From: a bacterium
GTDB taxonomy: Bacteria; Patescibacteriota; Patescibacteriia; UBA9570
Direction of reading: 5' to 3'
Assembly: GCA_030698395.1 (NCBI GenBank)
Contig: JAUYKW010000020.1
Coordinates: 1,741 to 65,740 of the forward strand
Length of the DNA: 64,000 nt
Numbering within the stretch: position 1 is the stretch's first letter; the number at the start of each line of letters is the position of its first letter. Both the position numbers and the translations under genes were made by a program. Shown in pieces: positions 50,966 through 60,316 of the stretch. A model generated the notes under the pieces. The model was not told the origin of the DNA. It worked only from the letters and a program-made list of their open reading frames with translations, and searched no databases.

Positions 50966-51219
50966 ACTAAAAGTTTAGGTGGAAGAAGCAGTGCGTGGAT
51001 CACGGCCCAGATCGCGCAGATCAGGACGAAATCCACAGTCACCACGATCATCAGCAATACCTTGGGAGGTGCAGCGATGCTGTCGTCGCGGATGTGGTGA
51101 CTAGCCTCTGCGACTTGGCCCCACGTAGCGTCCTTGAACGCCGAAAGTAAATGCCACATGACCTTGAAGGGCAAGGTCAGCCCCTGAGCAATGCTCAGCT
51201 TCTGCAGGCTAGGATCCAT
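50962..51219 (-). CDS. GC-rich small hypothetical membrane protein
   Basis: 85 aa, AGGAG SD 8 nt upstream, C-terminal TM, higher GC than flanks. Confidence 0.65.
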   Translation of the reverse strand: MDPSLQKLSIAQGLTLPFKVMWHLLSAFKDATWGQVAEASHHIRDDSIAAPPKVLLMIVVTVDFVLICAIWAVIHALLLPPKLLV

Positions 51220-51288
51220 CGAATCAACTCCTGGTTGATGGATTTATTGGAAAAGGTAAATGGATGAAACATCAAAAGAACATTGCTC

Positions 51289-51351
51289 TATCTGCATTTA
51301 TAATGCCAACAAGAGACCGAACAATATATCAATAATTATAAATATAGTCAA
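51289..51351 (-). promoter_or_regulatory. sigma70 promoter (TTGACT-17-TATATT) plus leader motif GGTCT-N6-GGCATT-N8-AGATA
   Basis: -35 at 51346-51351, -10 at 51323-51328; same architecture as 19931-19994. Confidence 0.65.
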
Positions 51352-51432
51352 GGGTAAGCAAAAGGGTAAATAAAAAAGAAATAATCCATATAATTCTTTG
51401 TCATTTCTAACAAATATGCTACAAATATAGCC

Positions 51433-52077
51433 ATGTCTAGTAGAGATAAAGAAAAACGCTTCGCAGCTGTAACGGCATTTCCTAATGTTTTGGAATTTCC
51501 AGAAGACATTAAAGGCAAATGGAACTCTGATCAATTTGATGATAATCAACCGATTACGTTGGAACTTGCTTGTGGCAAAGGTGAATACACAGTAGAAATG
51601 GCTCGCAGGTTTCCAAAGCAAAATTTTATTGGCAGTGATATTAAAGCTGAACGTATTTATATTGGTGCTAAAACAGCCATAGCTGAGAAATTAAATAACG
51701 TTGCTTTCTTACGAACTAAAATAGAACAACTAGATTTATATTTTATTGAAAATGAAGTAGCTGAAATCTGGATAACTTTTCCGGATCCATATCCAAAAAA
51801 GAAACATGCTAAACGCAGACTAACATCACCATATTTTTTAGACATGTATAAAAAAATTCTCCAACCCGGTGGACTTGTGCATTTAAAAACGGATGCAGAT
51901 GATTTACATAACTACTCTCTAGAAACTGTCACAGCTGCAGGTGCAAATGTAAAAGAAGCAGTTATGGATATCTATAACAAACCACTCACTAATCCACTTT
52001 TAGAAATAAAAACAAACTTCGAGAATAAGCATTTAGCTGATAACCGAACAATTAATTATCTGTGTTTTCAATTTTAG
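51433..52077 (+). CDS. trmB: tRNA (guanine-N7)-methyltransferase
   Basis: LELACGKGE, FPKQNFIG, ITFPDPYPKKKHAKRRL, HLKTD, TNFE. Confidence 0.95.
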   Translation: MSSRDKEKRFAAVTAFPNVLEFPEDIKGKWNSDQFDDNQPITLELACGKGEYTVEMARRFPKQNFIGSDIKAERIYIGAKTAIAEKLNNVAFLRTKIEQLDLYFIENEVAEIWITFPDPYPKKKHAKRRLTSPYFLDMYKKILQPGGLVHLKTDADDLHNYSLETVTAAGANVKEAVMDIYNKPLTNPLLEIKTNFENKHLADNRTINYLCFQF

Positions 52078-52080
52078 TTA

Positions 52081-52737
52081 TTACACTAAGTAATTATAAA
52101 TCACCCAAAAGTGACTAAAGCTACCAGCTAAAACAAATACGTGAAACACCTCATGCATGCCAAAAATTTTCATGCGTGGTGTAAATTTGTCTAACCCATG
52201 AAAAATCACACCAACAGTATAAAATAATCCTCCAAGAAAAATCCATCCTAATGCAGGCAGAGACAATGCTTGCCATAGTGGGACAATCGCTATAACCACT
52301 ATCCAACCCATAATTAAGTATTTAATTGCGGGAACCCACCCTGGCATTCTAGGAAAAACATTTTTTAAGACAACGCCGATAATAGCCATGCCCCAAACAA
52401 CACCAAAGATACTCCAACCCCAAGCACCTTGAAGTTTTAATAAACATACTGGAGTATACGTGGCTGCAATAAAAATAAATATCATAGAATAATCCAATCT
52501 TTGAAAAAGGCTTTTAGCACGTGGAGCCCTACGCGGTATAAGATGATATAATGAGCTAATAGTGTAAAGCAATATCAAACCACTACCAAATATAGAAAAG
52601 GTAACTACATGCATAACTGTACCTTGTTTTACTGCCAATAAAATTAACATTACCAAAGCAACGATTGATAAGCCAATGCCAAAAACATGCAGTATTCCGC
52701 TAGTAATATCATTATCTCTGTGATGATGAAATTTCAT
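52081..52737 (-). CDS. hemolysin III / PAQR family membrane protein
   Basis: SSLYH, RLDYSMIFIFIAATYTP, YLIMGW, GGLFYTVG, HEVFHVFVLAGS..H. Confidence 0.92.
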   Translation of the reverse strand: MKFHHHRDNDITSGILHVFGIGLSIVALVMLILLAVKQGTVMHVVTFSIFGSGLILLYTISSLYHLIPRRAPRAKSLFQRLDYSMIFIFIAATYTPVCLLKLQGAWGWSIFGVVWGMAIIGVVLKNVFPRMPGWVPAIKYLIMGWIVVIAIVPLWQALSLPALGWIFLGGLFYTVGVIFHGLDKFTPRMKIFGMHEVFHVFVLAGSFSHFWVIYNYLV

Positions 52738-52785
52738 ACCTCAAGGGTAACTCTTTTTAATTAATGTGTCGATAATCATAATATC

Positions 52786-52815
52786 TTGACAGGTGAACGA
52801 TTGTTCACTTATAAT
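52786..52815 (+). promoter_or_regulatory. promoter TTGACA-18-TATAAT with palindromic SOS-box-like operator GTGAAC-GATT-GTTCAC (52793-52808) in the spacer
   Basis: Consensus hexamers; GAAC-N4-GTTC palindrome directly upstream of the lexA-like gene. Confidence 0.85.
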
Positions 52816-52847
52816 AGTAGCTACATGCTATGGCATGTAGCTACTAT
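52814..52847. repeat. GTAG-type REP-like palindrome
   Basis: gtagctacatgc-tatg-gcatgtagctac; related copy at 61242. Confidence 0.65.
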
Positions 52848-52868
52848 AACCAACGATAAATAAATAAA

Positions 52869-53444
52869 ATGTCTACATACGAACAACGTAAAAATAAAAT
52901 AACCAATTTTTATACTAAACATAAGCGTCTACCAAGTTACAGCGAGATGCTAGAGTTATTTTCATTAAAATCCAAAAATGCAGTTGCCAGAATTGTCCAA
53001 AAATTAATTGAGCAAGAAATTGTAGAAAAAGATAACACAAATAGATTGATACCCGGCAAACTATTAGGTGGGGTACGTAAGCTAGGTACAGTTGAAGCTG
53101 GCTGGCCATCCCCTGCTGAAGAAGAGTTAGCTGACGCCATAAGTTTAGATGAATACCTAATTGAAAATAAGGAAGCTAGCTTTCTCTTAACCGTTTCCGG
53201 AGAATCCATGATTGGTGTTGGAATTAATCCAGATGATCTAGTAATAGTGGAACGCGGTAAACCACCTCGTTCTGGAGATATTGTAGTAGCAGAAGTTGAT
53301 GGCGAATGGACTATAAAAACATATGAAAAGCACGGTGACAATATCAGGTTATTACCAGCTAACTCTAAATTTAAACCAATTATACCTCGAGAAAGCTTGC
53401 ATATTGCCGGAGTGGTAACAGCAGTGGTTCGTAAATACAAATAA
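52869..53444 (+). CDS. lexA: LexA/UmuD-like S24 autocleaving repressor
   Basis: N-terminal wHTH (PSYSEM..LFSLKS), VEAGWPSPA cleavage site, VSGESM Ser and TIK Lys. Confidence 0.8.
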   Translation: MSTYEQRKNKITNFYTKHKRLPSYSEMLELFSLKSKNAVARIVQKLIEQEIVEKDNTNRLIPGKLLGGVRKLGTVEAGWPSPAEEELADAISLDEYLIENKEASFLLTVSGESMIGVGINPDDLVIVERGKPPRSGDIVVAEVDGEWTIKTYEKHGDNIRLLPANSKFKPIIPRESLHIAGVVTAVVRKYK

Positions 53445-53457
53445 CACATAGCTTATA

Positions 53458-54765
53458 ATGTCTTATCATGGATCTTATTTACCAAATGCCCTTCTACACA
53501 TAGATGCTGATGCTTTTTTTGCATCCTGCGAACAAGCAGTAAATCCAGCATATCGCGGTAAACCAGTTATCACTGGAGCAGAACGTGGTATCGTAGCAGC
53601 TGCCAGCTATGAAGCAAAAAAACTCGGCATCAAACGCGGTGTATCATTGCGCGATGTACGCAAAATATGTCCAGACGCTATTATATTACCTTCTAACTAC
53701 GAAACTTACAGTTTGTTTTCTAAACGCATGTTCGATATCATTCGCCGAACTACCTCCGCAGTAGAAGAATACTCCATCGATGAAGCCTTTGCAGATATTA
53801 CTGGCTTACGCCGGCCCATGAAAATGTCTTACTCCGATATTGCTAAACACATACAAACAAATATCCATAATGATCTTGGTATTACAGTATCAGTAGGCTT
53901 AGCTAGCACCAAGGTATTAGGCAAGGTAGCTGCTAATTGGAATAAACCAAATGGTTTTGCTGCTATCACTTCGCAAAACAAAGAACAATATCTTGCTAAA
54001 CTAGATGTTGAAGAAATATGGGGTATTGGCAGACAAACTGCCAAACACCTTTATAGGCTTGGCATTACCACGGCTTTACAATTTGCCCAACGTCCTGAAA
54101 ATTGGGTAAAAAACAACTTCACTAAACCTCATCAAGAAATCTGGCAAGAACTTAATGGCCATAGCGTTTATAAAATAGAAACTGCAGAAAAAGAAAGTTA
54201 CGCTAGCATTAGTAAAACGCGCACCTTCACTCCCTCTTCTGCAAATGCAGAATTTGTTTTTGCTCAACTAGCTAAAAATGTAGAAAATGCTTTCATTAAA
54301 GTTCGTCGTCATCAATTAGTTGCGAAAAAAATTATTGTGTATCTAAAAACTCAGCAATACAGATACCTTGGGCTAGAAGCTAAACTTAACAGACCAACTG
54401 CATTTACACATGAAATCTTGCCATTGGTTAGACAATTATTTAAGCAACTGTTTGTAACTAATACTCAATACCGCGCAACTGGTGCTGTACTCTGCGGTTT
54501 GCAAACAGATGAATCTATTCAAATGAGCTTATTCGAAAATCCTTTAGAATTAGATAAACTTAAAAAAGTATATTCGTCTATAGATAAGCTATCCAATAAA
54601 TATGGAAAGCATACTATATTTTTAGGTAGCAGTATGCCAGCACACACTGTTAGCCAACACCAAAATTTTCGAGGTTCTGTACCTATAGCAAAACAACTAC
54701 GTTCCAAAGCATTAAACCAAAGAAAATTTATGAACCTACCAGTTTTATTAGGATCTGTAAAATAA
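53458..54765 (+). CDS. Y-family translesion DNA polymerase (DinB/UmuC-like)
   Basis: HIDADAFFASCE, AASYEAK, YSIDEAF, KPNG, IWGIG, QMSLF clamp motif. Confidence 0.92.
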   Translation: MSYHGSYLPNALLHIDADAFFASCEQAVNPAYRGKPVITGAERGIVAAASYEAKKLGIKRGVSLRDVRKICPDAIILPSNYETYSLFSKRMFDIIRRTTSAVEEYSIDEAFADITGLRRPMKMSYSDIAKHIQTNIHNDLGITVSVGLASTKVLGKVAANWNKPNGFAAITSQNKEQYLAKLDVEEIWGIGRQTAKHLYRLGITTALQFAQRPENWVKNNFTKPHQEIWQELNGHSVYKIETAEKESYASISKTRTFTPSSANAEFVFAQLAKNVENAFIKVRRHQLVAKKIIVYLKTQQYRYLGLEAKLNRPTAFTHEILPLVRQLFKQLFVTNTQYRATGAVLCGLQTDESIQMSLFENPLELDKLKKVYSSIDKLSNKYGKHTIFLGSSMPAHTVSQHQNFRGSVPIAKQLRSKALNQRKFMNLPVLLGSVK

Positions 54766-54867
54766 AACTCCCCTCTCTCTCTCAAACTTAAAAATATAAT
54801 CAAAAACCCCCTCCAATAAGGAGGGGGCATGCTTAGTAGCTACCAAGTACAAGGGAAAGTCTACAAG

Positions 54868-55575
54868 TTATTTTGTTCTAAAGTTAAACTTAACCATATC
54901 GCTATCGCTAAATGGTGACTTTTTAGCTGTAATTCTTACGTAGTATTTTTTTCCACTCTTTAAGTTCTTAATTGCCAAGCTATCCTTGATGAATAAAGTT
55001 TCTTCTGCTAACAAAACATCATCCGAAGTTTTGTTATTTTTAAAAACCTTCACGTGATAATATGGCCCAGCATCTTTCAATGCAGCTGTTGGCGTCCAAG
55101 TAACTTCTACAGATTTTTTCTTTCTGCTAGTTAAACGCACATTCTTTACAATTGGCACACCACTTCTAAACATTGCAGTATCACTCCACATAGATTTTGT
55201 TCCATCATCATACTTCTCGCGCACTCTTACAAAATACTCATCTAAAACATTAATGCCATCTTTACTAGTCAACCATGTAGTATAGGTTTCATCATTAAAA
55301 CTTCCTGTATAAAAAATCTTAGCTTCTTTACTCCAGTCAGCTACAGTTGAAGCCTCTACAATATATCTATCAACATTCTTTGTACCTCCATAATATGTTT
55401 GACTTTGCTTTGAAGCAGACCAATTAACTTGTCCCTGATCTGGGCTCGTACGATCGGTTGTTGATGTCCATACACATGGTTGAGTTTTAGTACTACATCC
55501 TGCTTGAGCAACGGATGCTGTCATCAAAAAGACCAATCCACTTGCCAGGATGGCGCTTGCGATATATTTCTTCAT
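54868..55575 (-). CDS. secreted protein with fibronectin type III domains
   Basis: Signal peptide ending AQA; YFVRVR, NLKSGKKYYVRITA. Confidence 0.75.
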   Translation of the reverse strand: MKKYIASAILASGLVFLMTASVAQAGCSTKTQPCVWTSTTDRTSPDQGQVNWSASKQSQTYYGGTKNVDRYIVEASTVADWSKEAKIFYTGSFNDETYTTWLTSKDGINVLDEYFVRVREKYDDGTKSMWSDTAMFRSGVPIVKNVRLTSRKKKSVEVTWTPTAALKDAGPYYHVKVFKNNKTSDDVLLAEETLFIKDSLAIKNLKSGKKYYVRITAKKSPFSDSDMVKFNFRTK

Positions 55576-55675
55576 AATATATGTAATTACTTATCTATTA
55601 AGTTAACGTTAATTTAATAGAATAAGGTCATATTGTCAATACAATACTCCTTTTTAACTGATTTAGAAATATTTT

Positions 55676-56101
55676 TTAAGTCCCTTGTTTAAGCAAAACT
55701 TTACTAGGAATTGATTGAAATTGTTGTAATAACTCCATACACTTAGTGACTATTTGCTTTGGTGTATAACTTGTTTTAACTAAGTATTCCTCTGCTCCTA
55801 AATCCAATCCCATTTGAGCTTCACTACCTTGTTGTAAATTAGTAAGCATTATTACTGGAATATCTTTAGTAGCTTTATTTGCCTTTAATTCTCGTAATGC
55901 TGAAAAGCCATTCATCTTTGGCATCAAAACATCTAATAATATTAAATCTGGACTTTCTGTATTCGCTAGCTCTAATCCTTCTTCTCCATTGTAGGCAGAA
56001 ATAACTTTACACCCACTACGAAAAAACTTCTGCGAGTACATTGCTTGCAACATCTCTTCATCTTCAACTAATAAAATTTTAAACTGTTTCATTTCCTCCA
56101 A
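55676..56101 (-). CDS. single-domain response regulator
   Basis: KILLVEDE, DLILLDVLMPKMNG, IPVIMLTN, YLVK. Confidence 0.92.
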   Translation of the reverse strand: MEEMKQFKILLVEDEEMLQAMYSQKFFRSGCKVISAYNGEEGLELANTESPDLILLDVLMPKMNGFSALRELKANKATKDIPVIMLTNLQQGSEAQMGLDLGAEEYLVKTSYTPKQIVTKCMELLQQFQSIPSKVLLKQGT

Positions 56102-56247
56102 ATTGAAACTTAAAAATAAATTTATACTACAACCTCCTAAATCTCTACTATAAATTTTTTAATTGGTTGTAAGGTTATATATATTATAACATTTTTAATT
56201 ATAATTTTTTCAATATTTTTAATTACGTTTTAATGTCTGTGTTAATA

Positions 56248-56278
56248 AAAAAGGCACCGCATACACGACGCCTTTTTA
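56248..56278 (-). terminator. probable terminator after the Asp-rich gene
   Basis: aaaaaggc...gccttttt inverted repeat with A/T tails. Confidence 0.5.
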
Positions 56279-56293
56279 TGTTTGATCTAACTC

Positions 56294-57136
56294 TTACAAA
56301 TTGCTTATCCAATCTTCATCTTCATTATCATCAATTCCATCATTATCTTGATCATCTTGTTGATGATCAACTTCATCTTGATCGTCAATGCCATCATTAT
56401 CATCATCAGAATCTTCAGCATCATTTAAACCATCGTTATCATGATCAAATTCTTCACCTTCTACTTCATCATCATCATTAATACCATCGTTATCATCATC
56501 ATTATCAACTTTATCTACAGAATTATCATTATCATGATCATATGCTGATTCACAACCAGATTCATCCCAATCTTTCGAACCGTCATTATCATCATCTCTA
56601 TCTCTTAAATCTTTTATCCGATCATTGTCATGATTATATTGTTTTCTTCTTCCTTCATTAATATCCTTGATTCCATCATTATCATCATCTAAATCACGAA
56701 TATTCTTTCTAGCATCATTATCATGATTTCTCTTGAATCGAAGTCTCTCTACGTAATCTGGCACGCCATCTCTATCTTTATCCTCACTTACAGTTGTTAG
56801 ACGATTTTCTTCAGCTGTATCTACTACATCATCTGTATCTACATCATCTAAAATACCATCATTATCATTATCGTGGCGATATTTTGGTCGTTCTACGCAA
56901 TCTATGTAACCATCAGCATCATCATCAGCATCAATGTCATCATTTAATCCATCATTATCGTGATCTTCTGGTAAAAGATCCAGTGAATCGGATGTACCAT
57001 CCATATCTGTGTCTGTTTCAGTTTCTGCTTGAGCCATTAAAGTTAAGCTAAAACCAAAGACCAAAGCTAAAACTACAACCGTGACAATATGTTGCCACTT
57101 CAGCTGTTCCATCTTTTTAGTTATTGTTGAACTCAT
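56294..57136 (-). CDS. secreted Asp-rich protein with thrombospondin type-3-like Ca-binding repeats
   Basis: Signal peptide (AQA); many DHDNDG/DDDNDG motifs. Confidence 0.75.
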   Translation of the reverse strand: MSSTITKKMEQLKWQHIVTVVVLALVFGFSLTLMAQAETETDTDMDGTSDSLDLLPEDHDNDGLNDDIDADDDADGYIDCVERPKYRHDNDNDGILDDVDTDDVVDTAEENRLTTVSEDKDRDGVPDYVERLRFKRNHDNDARKNIRDLDDDNDGIKDINEGRRKQYNHDNDRIKDLRDRDDDNDGSKDWDESGCESAYDHDNDNSVDKVDNDDDNDGINDDDEVEGEEFDHDNDGLNDAEDSDDDNDGIDDQDEVDHQQDDQDNDGIDDNEDEDWISNL

Positions 57137-57268
57137 ATTTATTTGTTCAATTATTAATTAATATATACTTTAAAATTGAAAGTATTTCAATTTATTTTGA
57201 ATCTACATTATGTTTATACGTACCTTTCGGAAAATTGTTACGATTCCGTCCGTTATTAATTTCCCCAT

Positions 57269-57964
57269 TCACAGCAAAGGTTTTTGAGAAGGCAATTCTT
57301 TTAAGGGCTTCATCACCTCCGGATTGTCATTTGCCGGAGAATTTACATCTAGAGAAACTGGATAGGCGATCATTTTATTAGCTGGAAAAGGCTTGAGCAT
57401 TTTAATTGCATCAATCACAGGAATCGATGAGTCCAACCAACTCATTTCATCTTCGGGCAATAACATTGCAGGCATGCGGTTATGAATCCGAGCCATCATT
57501 GAATTTGCTTCTACTGTAATAATTGCAAACTCTAAAATTTCTTCCTTACTCTTATTTCTTCTAATTTTGTAAATGCCGGCCATTGCAAAAGGTGCTTCAT
57601 CTTTTCTGGTAATTCTGTATGGTTGCTTATGATTCTCATTTGGTAGTTCTGCCCACTCATAAAAACCGTCCGCTATGATCAAACATCGTTGCTGTTCTAT
57701 TGCTTTCTTGAATGTTTTCTTCTCGGTTATTGTTTCTGCTCTGGCATTAATTAAGCGACGCGGACTCACCTCAGCGCGCATCCATGCTGGAACTATTCCC
57801 CATTCTCCAAGAATAATTCTGTCTGGATGATCTGTAGTAACTAAAGGAAGTTGCTGTGCAGGCGCAACATTAAATCTAGGAGTAATCGTCCCTTCAATTT
57901 TCTTTACATTAAAACGCTCCTGTAATTCTTTCGGAAATGCAACTAGTGAGTATCTACCGCACAC
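57269..57964 (-). CDS. SOS response-associated peptidase (SRAP/HMCES/YedK family)
   Basis: MCGRY N-terminus, RFNVAP, INARAET, RCLIIADGFYEW, IHNRMP. Confidence 0.95.
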   Translation of the reverse strand: MCGRYSLVAFPKELQERFNVKKIEGTITPRFNVAPAQQLPLVTTDHPDRIILGEWGIVPAWMRAEVSPRRLINARAETITEKKTFKKAIEQQRCLIIADGFYEWAELPNENHKQPYRITRKDEAPFAMAGIYKIRRNKSKEEILEFAIITVEANSMMARIHNRMPAMLLPEDEMSWLDSSIPVIDAIKMLKPFPANKMIAYPVSLDVNSPANDNPEVMKPLKELPSQKPLL

Positions 57965-57972
57965 GTTGTTAC

Positions 57973-58485
57973 TTATTTAAGAATTGGATATTTCTTCACT
58001 AATTCTAAAGATCCCCACCATTTACCTAAACCAATATATTCTCCAGAATTTGTTAAGATAAATATTTTAAGAAGCAACAGATAAATAATGTGTTCGTCGA
58101 GAAAAGGATTATTTTCCTTAGGAAGAACTGCTAGCCACATTAAAATCATGAGGATGGCACCAGAATATCCAGCAATTTTTACGCCAATACCAAGTATTAA
58201 TGCTAAGCCTATACCTAATAAACCAAGCATAAATAGCCCATCTACAAAACCATTATCAGCCATAGCTTGAAATAATGATGCGAATGGCCCAGATGTGCCA
58301 TTCTGTAAAAATCCTGCAGTAGGAGAACCTCCATCGATCCAACATTTCCCTCCCTCACTTGGAAACCCAAGACATAATAATTTATCAATGAAAGCCCAGA
58401 AAAAAATCCAACCAATCGAAATTCGTAATAAACCTAGAATAAAATGAACTTTTTTGTGTTTATTATCTTTATCATTGTTTTTCAT
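57973..58485 (-). CDS. DoxX/DoxD-like membrane protein
   Basis: LRISIGWIFFWAFIDK, GGSPT.GFL, NNPFLDEHIIY, GLG.WW. Confidence 0.82.
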   Translation of the reverse strand: MKNNDKDNKHKKVHFILGLLRISIGWIFFWAFIDKLLCLGFPSEGGKCWIDGGSPTAGFLQNGTSGPFASLFQAMADNGFVDGLFMLGLLGIGLALILGIGVKIAGYSGAILMILMWLAVLPKENNPFLDEHIIYLLLLKIFILTNSGEYIGLGKWWGSLELVKKYPILK

Positions 58486-58500
58486 ATAAAGATATTTATT

Positions 58501-59217
58501 TTATAAAAAAGATACTACTGAGTAAATCATATATCCACCCAGAGACAATAAAAATAATCCAGTTCCTAATCGCATCAAGCCACGATGTTTCTTCCGCCAT
58601 ACTTCCAAATTATCTCCTTTCCCAATGTAAGCAAGTGTAATAACTACCAATAAAGGAAGGATAAAAATAAAATTGTAGATCAATAAATATGGAACAGCGA
58701 TAGAGTACTCGCCTTTACCCAATAATGCCAGCACTGCAAAATATGGAGCGCCGGTACATGGTAACTCCACCATCACAACAAAAATTCCCAATAAACCAAC
58801 TAATAACAAACTCGAACTCGGATATTTCTTTTGATACTCTTCAATTTTTGCTACATAAAGTTTTAAACGTTTAGCTCCACCTGGTAGCATTTGTAAAGAA
58901 AATCCCTTACCATACCAAAAATAATCTTTAATCTCAAACAGTCCAGCAATTATTGTAACAATAGCAACAATCCAATAAAAAAAATTTGATACACCAATTG
59001 ATACTGTAACTCTTAAAATACCGAAACCTAATGCTAGGTATGTTACATATACAACGGCTGAGTATAATAAACCTCCTAATAACATTTGATTCCTCTTTTT
59101 GTATATCCGTGTCAGAAATGCTAATAAAAATATTAGCACGCCAAATACGCAGGGATTAATAGAATCTGCCAATGCTGCACCTACGATAACTCCTAATGTA
59201 ATATTCTCTCCGATCAT
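58501..59217 (-). CDS. CcdA/DsbD-like cytochrome c biogenesis transmembrane protein
   Basis: DSINPC and ELPCTG.PY conserved Cys pair; YN.IF.LPL; about 6 TM. Confidence 0.82.
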   Translation of the reverse strand: MIGENITLGVIVGAALADSINPCVFGVLIFLLAFLTRIYKKRNQMLLGGLLYSAVVYVTYLALGFGILRVTVSIGVSNFFYWIVAIVTIIAGLFEIKDYFWYGKGFSLQMLPGGAKRLKLYVAKIEEYQKKYPSSSLLLVGLLGIFVVMVELPCTGAPYFAVLALLGKGEYSIAVPYLLIYNFIFILPLLVVITLAYIGKGDNLEVWRKKHRGLMRLGTGLFLLSLGGYMIYSVVSFL

Positions 59218-59226
59218 ATTAATATA

Positions 59227-59685
59227 TTATGGTAACTGGCAACCCGATGCCTCAGCTAAATCTGCTAAAGATTGTGGTCCTGATTCAAATCTATATAGAT
59301 CGTTACCTTTTGCATCTTCCAAAATCCAAGTAGGTGTATGAGAAATATCTTTTGCAATACACCGCTCTGCTTCATTATCTTCATTTCTAGGATCACACTC
59401 AATTTCTTCGATATACTGAAACGAACTACCGAACAATTCACGCTGCCTTTCACAAAATGAACAGGTTACAGATCCGTACATCTTCATGCCAGTAGCATCT
59501 AAGCATTGTGCGAATTCATCATATTCTCCCACATCAGAAATAGAATATGTATCTTCATTTTCAATCTTAGATCTATCAGGTGCTAGAAAAATAAAATAAC
59601 TAATCATTAACAAACCTACTACAACGATGGCAATCGTAACATATTTAACTTGCTTGCTTTCTTTGTTATTTTTAGATTCTGACAT
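59227..59685 (-). CDS. membrane-anchored thioredoxin-like protein
   Basis: FAQCL, MYGSVTCSFCERQRELFG (CxxC), IEC, PTW, LAEASGC. Confidence 0.82.
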   Translation of the reverse strand: MSESKNNKESKQVKYVTIAIVVVGLLMISYFIFLAPDRSKIENEDTYSISDVGEYDEFAQCLDATGMKMYGSVTCSFCERQRELFGSSFQYIEEIECDPRNEDNEAERCIAKDISHTPTWILEDAKGNDLYRFESGPQSLADLAEASGCQLP

Positions 59686-59689
59686 ATTC

Positions 59690-60298
59690 CTAACAATCTA
59701 GCTCACCACCAATAGAACATCCTGAGGTTGCCTCACCTTCAAAAATGCCTGGTTCTGATCCACTAAATATATAATCATCTGGATTAACTGCAGTTTCTCC
59801 ATCATGATTCCACATATTCCAATAATATTTCCACTCACTCCAACCTATTCCTAAATGTTGTACATACACCCCATTATCTGCGAGCATCAATCCAATCTTT
59901 CTACCAGTCATGCATGGTGCACTATAGCAATAAACAACAATATCTGTGTTTTGCGGTAACTCTTTAAACGAATTTACTATTCTGTCTACAGAATCATAAT
60001 CAGATTTATCTGGAGTAGCATAAACTGGAATATTGATTGCTCCAATAATATGCGCGGTTTCATATTCTTCCTGACTTCTTAAATCTACCAATGTAACTTC
60101 ACCATCACCAATATGTTTGCGCACATGATGTGGACTCACATGAACTGCATTTTCTACCTCATAGAACTCGGCAATTAGTTCTTCCTGTGTTTTCACTGTA
60201 TCTTCCGTAACTTCTGGAGCCTGATAATACAAAATGACTGTCGCGGTTACAGCTCCTGCAACTGCACCTACAATCAATGAAATTAACAAATTTTTCAT
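59690..60298 (-). CDS. membrane-anchored rhodanese-like protein
   Basis: LVDLRSQEEY..AHIIGAINIP, IVVYCYSAPC. Confidence 0.85.
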   Translation of the reverse strand: MKNLLISLIVGAVAGAVTATVILYYQAPEVTEDTVKTQEELIAEFYEVENAVHVSPHHVRKHIGDGEVTLVDLRSQEEYETAHIIGAINIPVYATPDKSDYDSVDRIVNSFKELPQNTDIVVYCYSAPCMTGRKIGLMLADNGVYVQHLGIGWSEWKYYWNMWNHDGETAVNPDDYIFSGSEPGIFEGEATSGCSIGGELDC

Positions 60299-60316
60299 AC
60301 AATGAATATTTTATTA

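Noticed and set aside
51298-51621. 107-aa minus-strand ORF
   Set aside because: Antisense to trmB and runs through the promoter region; no motifs
56294-56960. Repetitive tcatcatta/tcatgatc DNA as CRISPR or satellite
   Set aside because: Explained by Asp/Asn codons of the Asp-rich protein; no constant repeat with unique spacers
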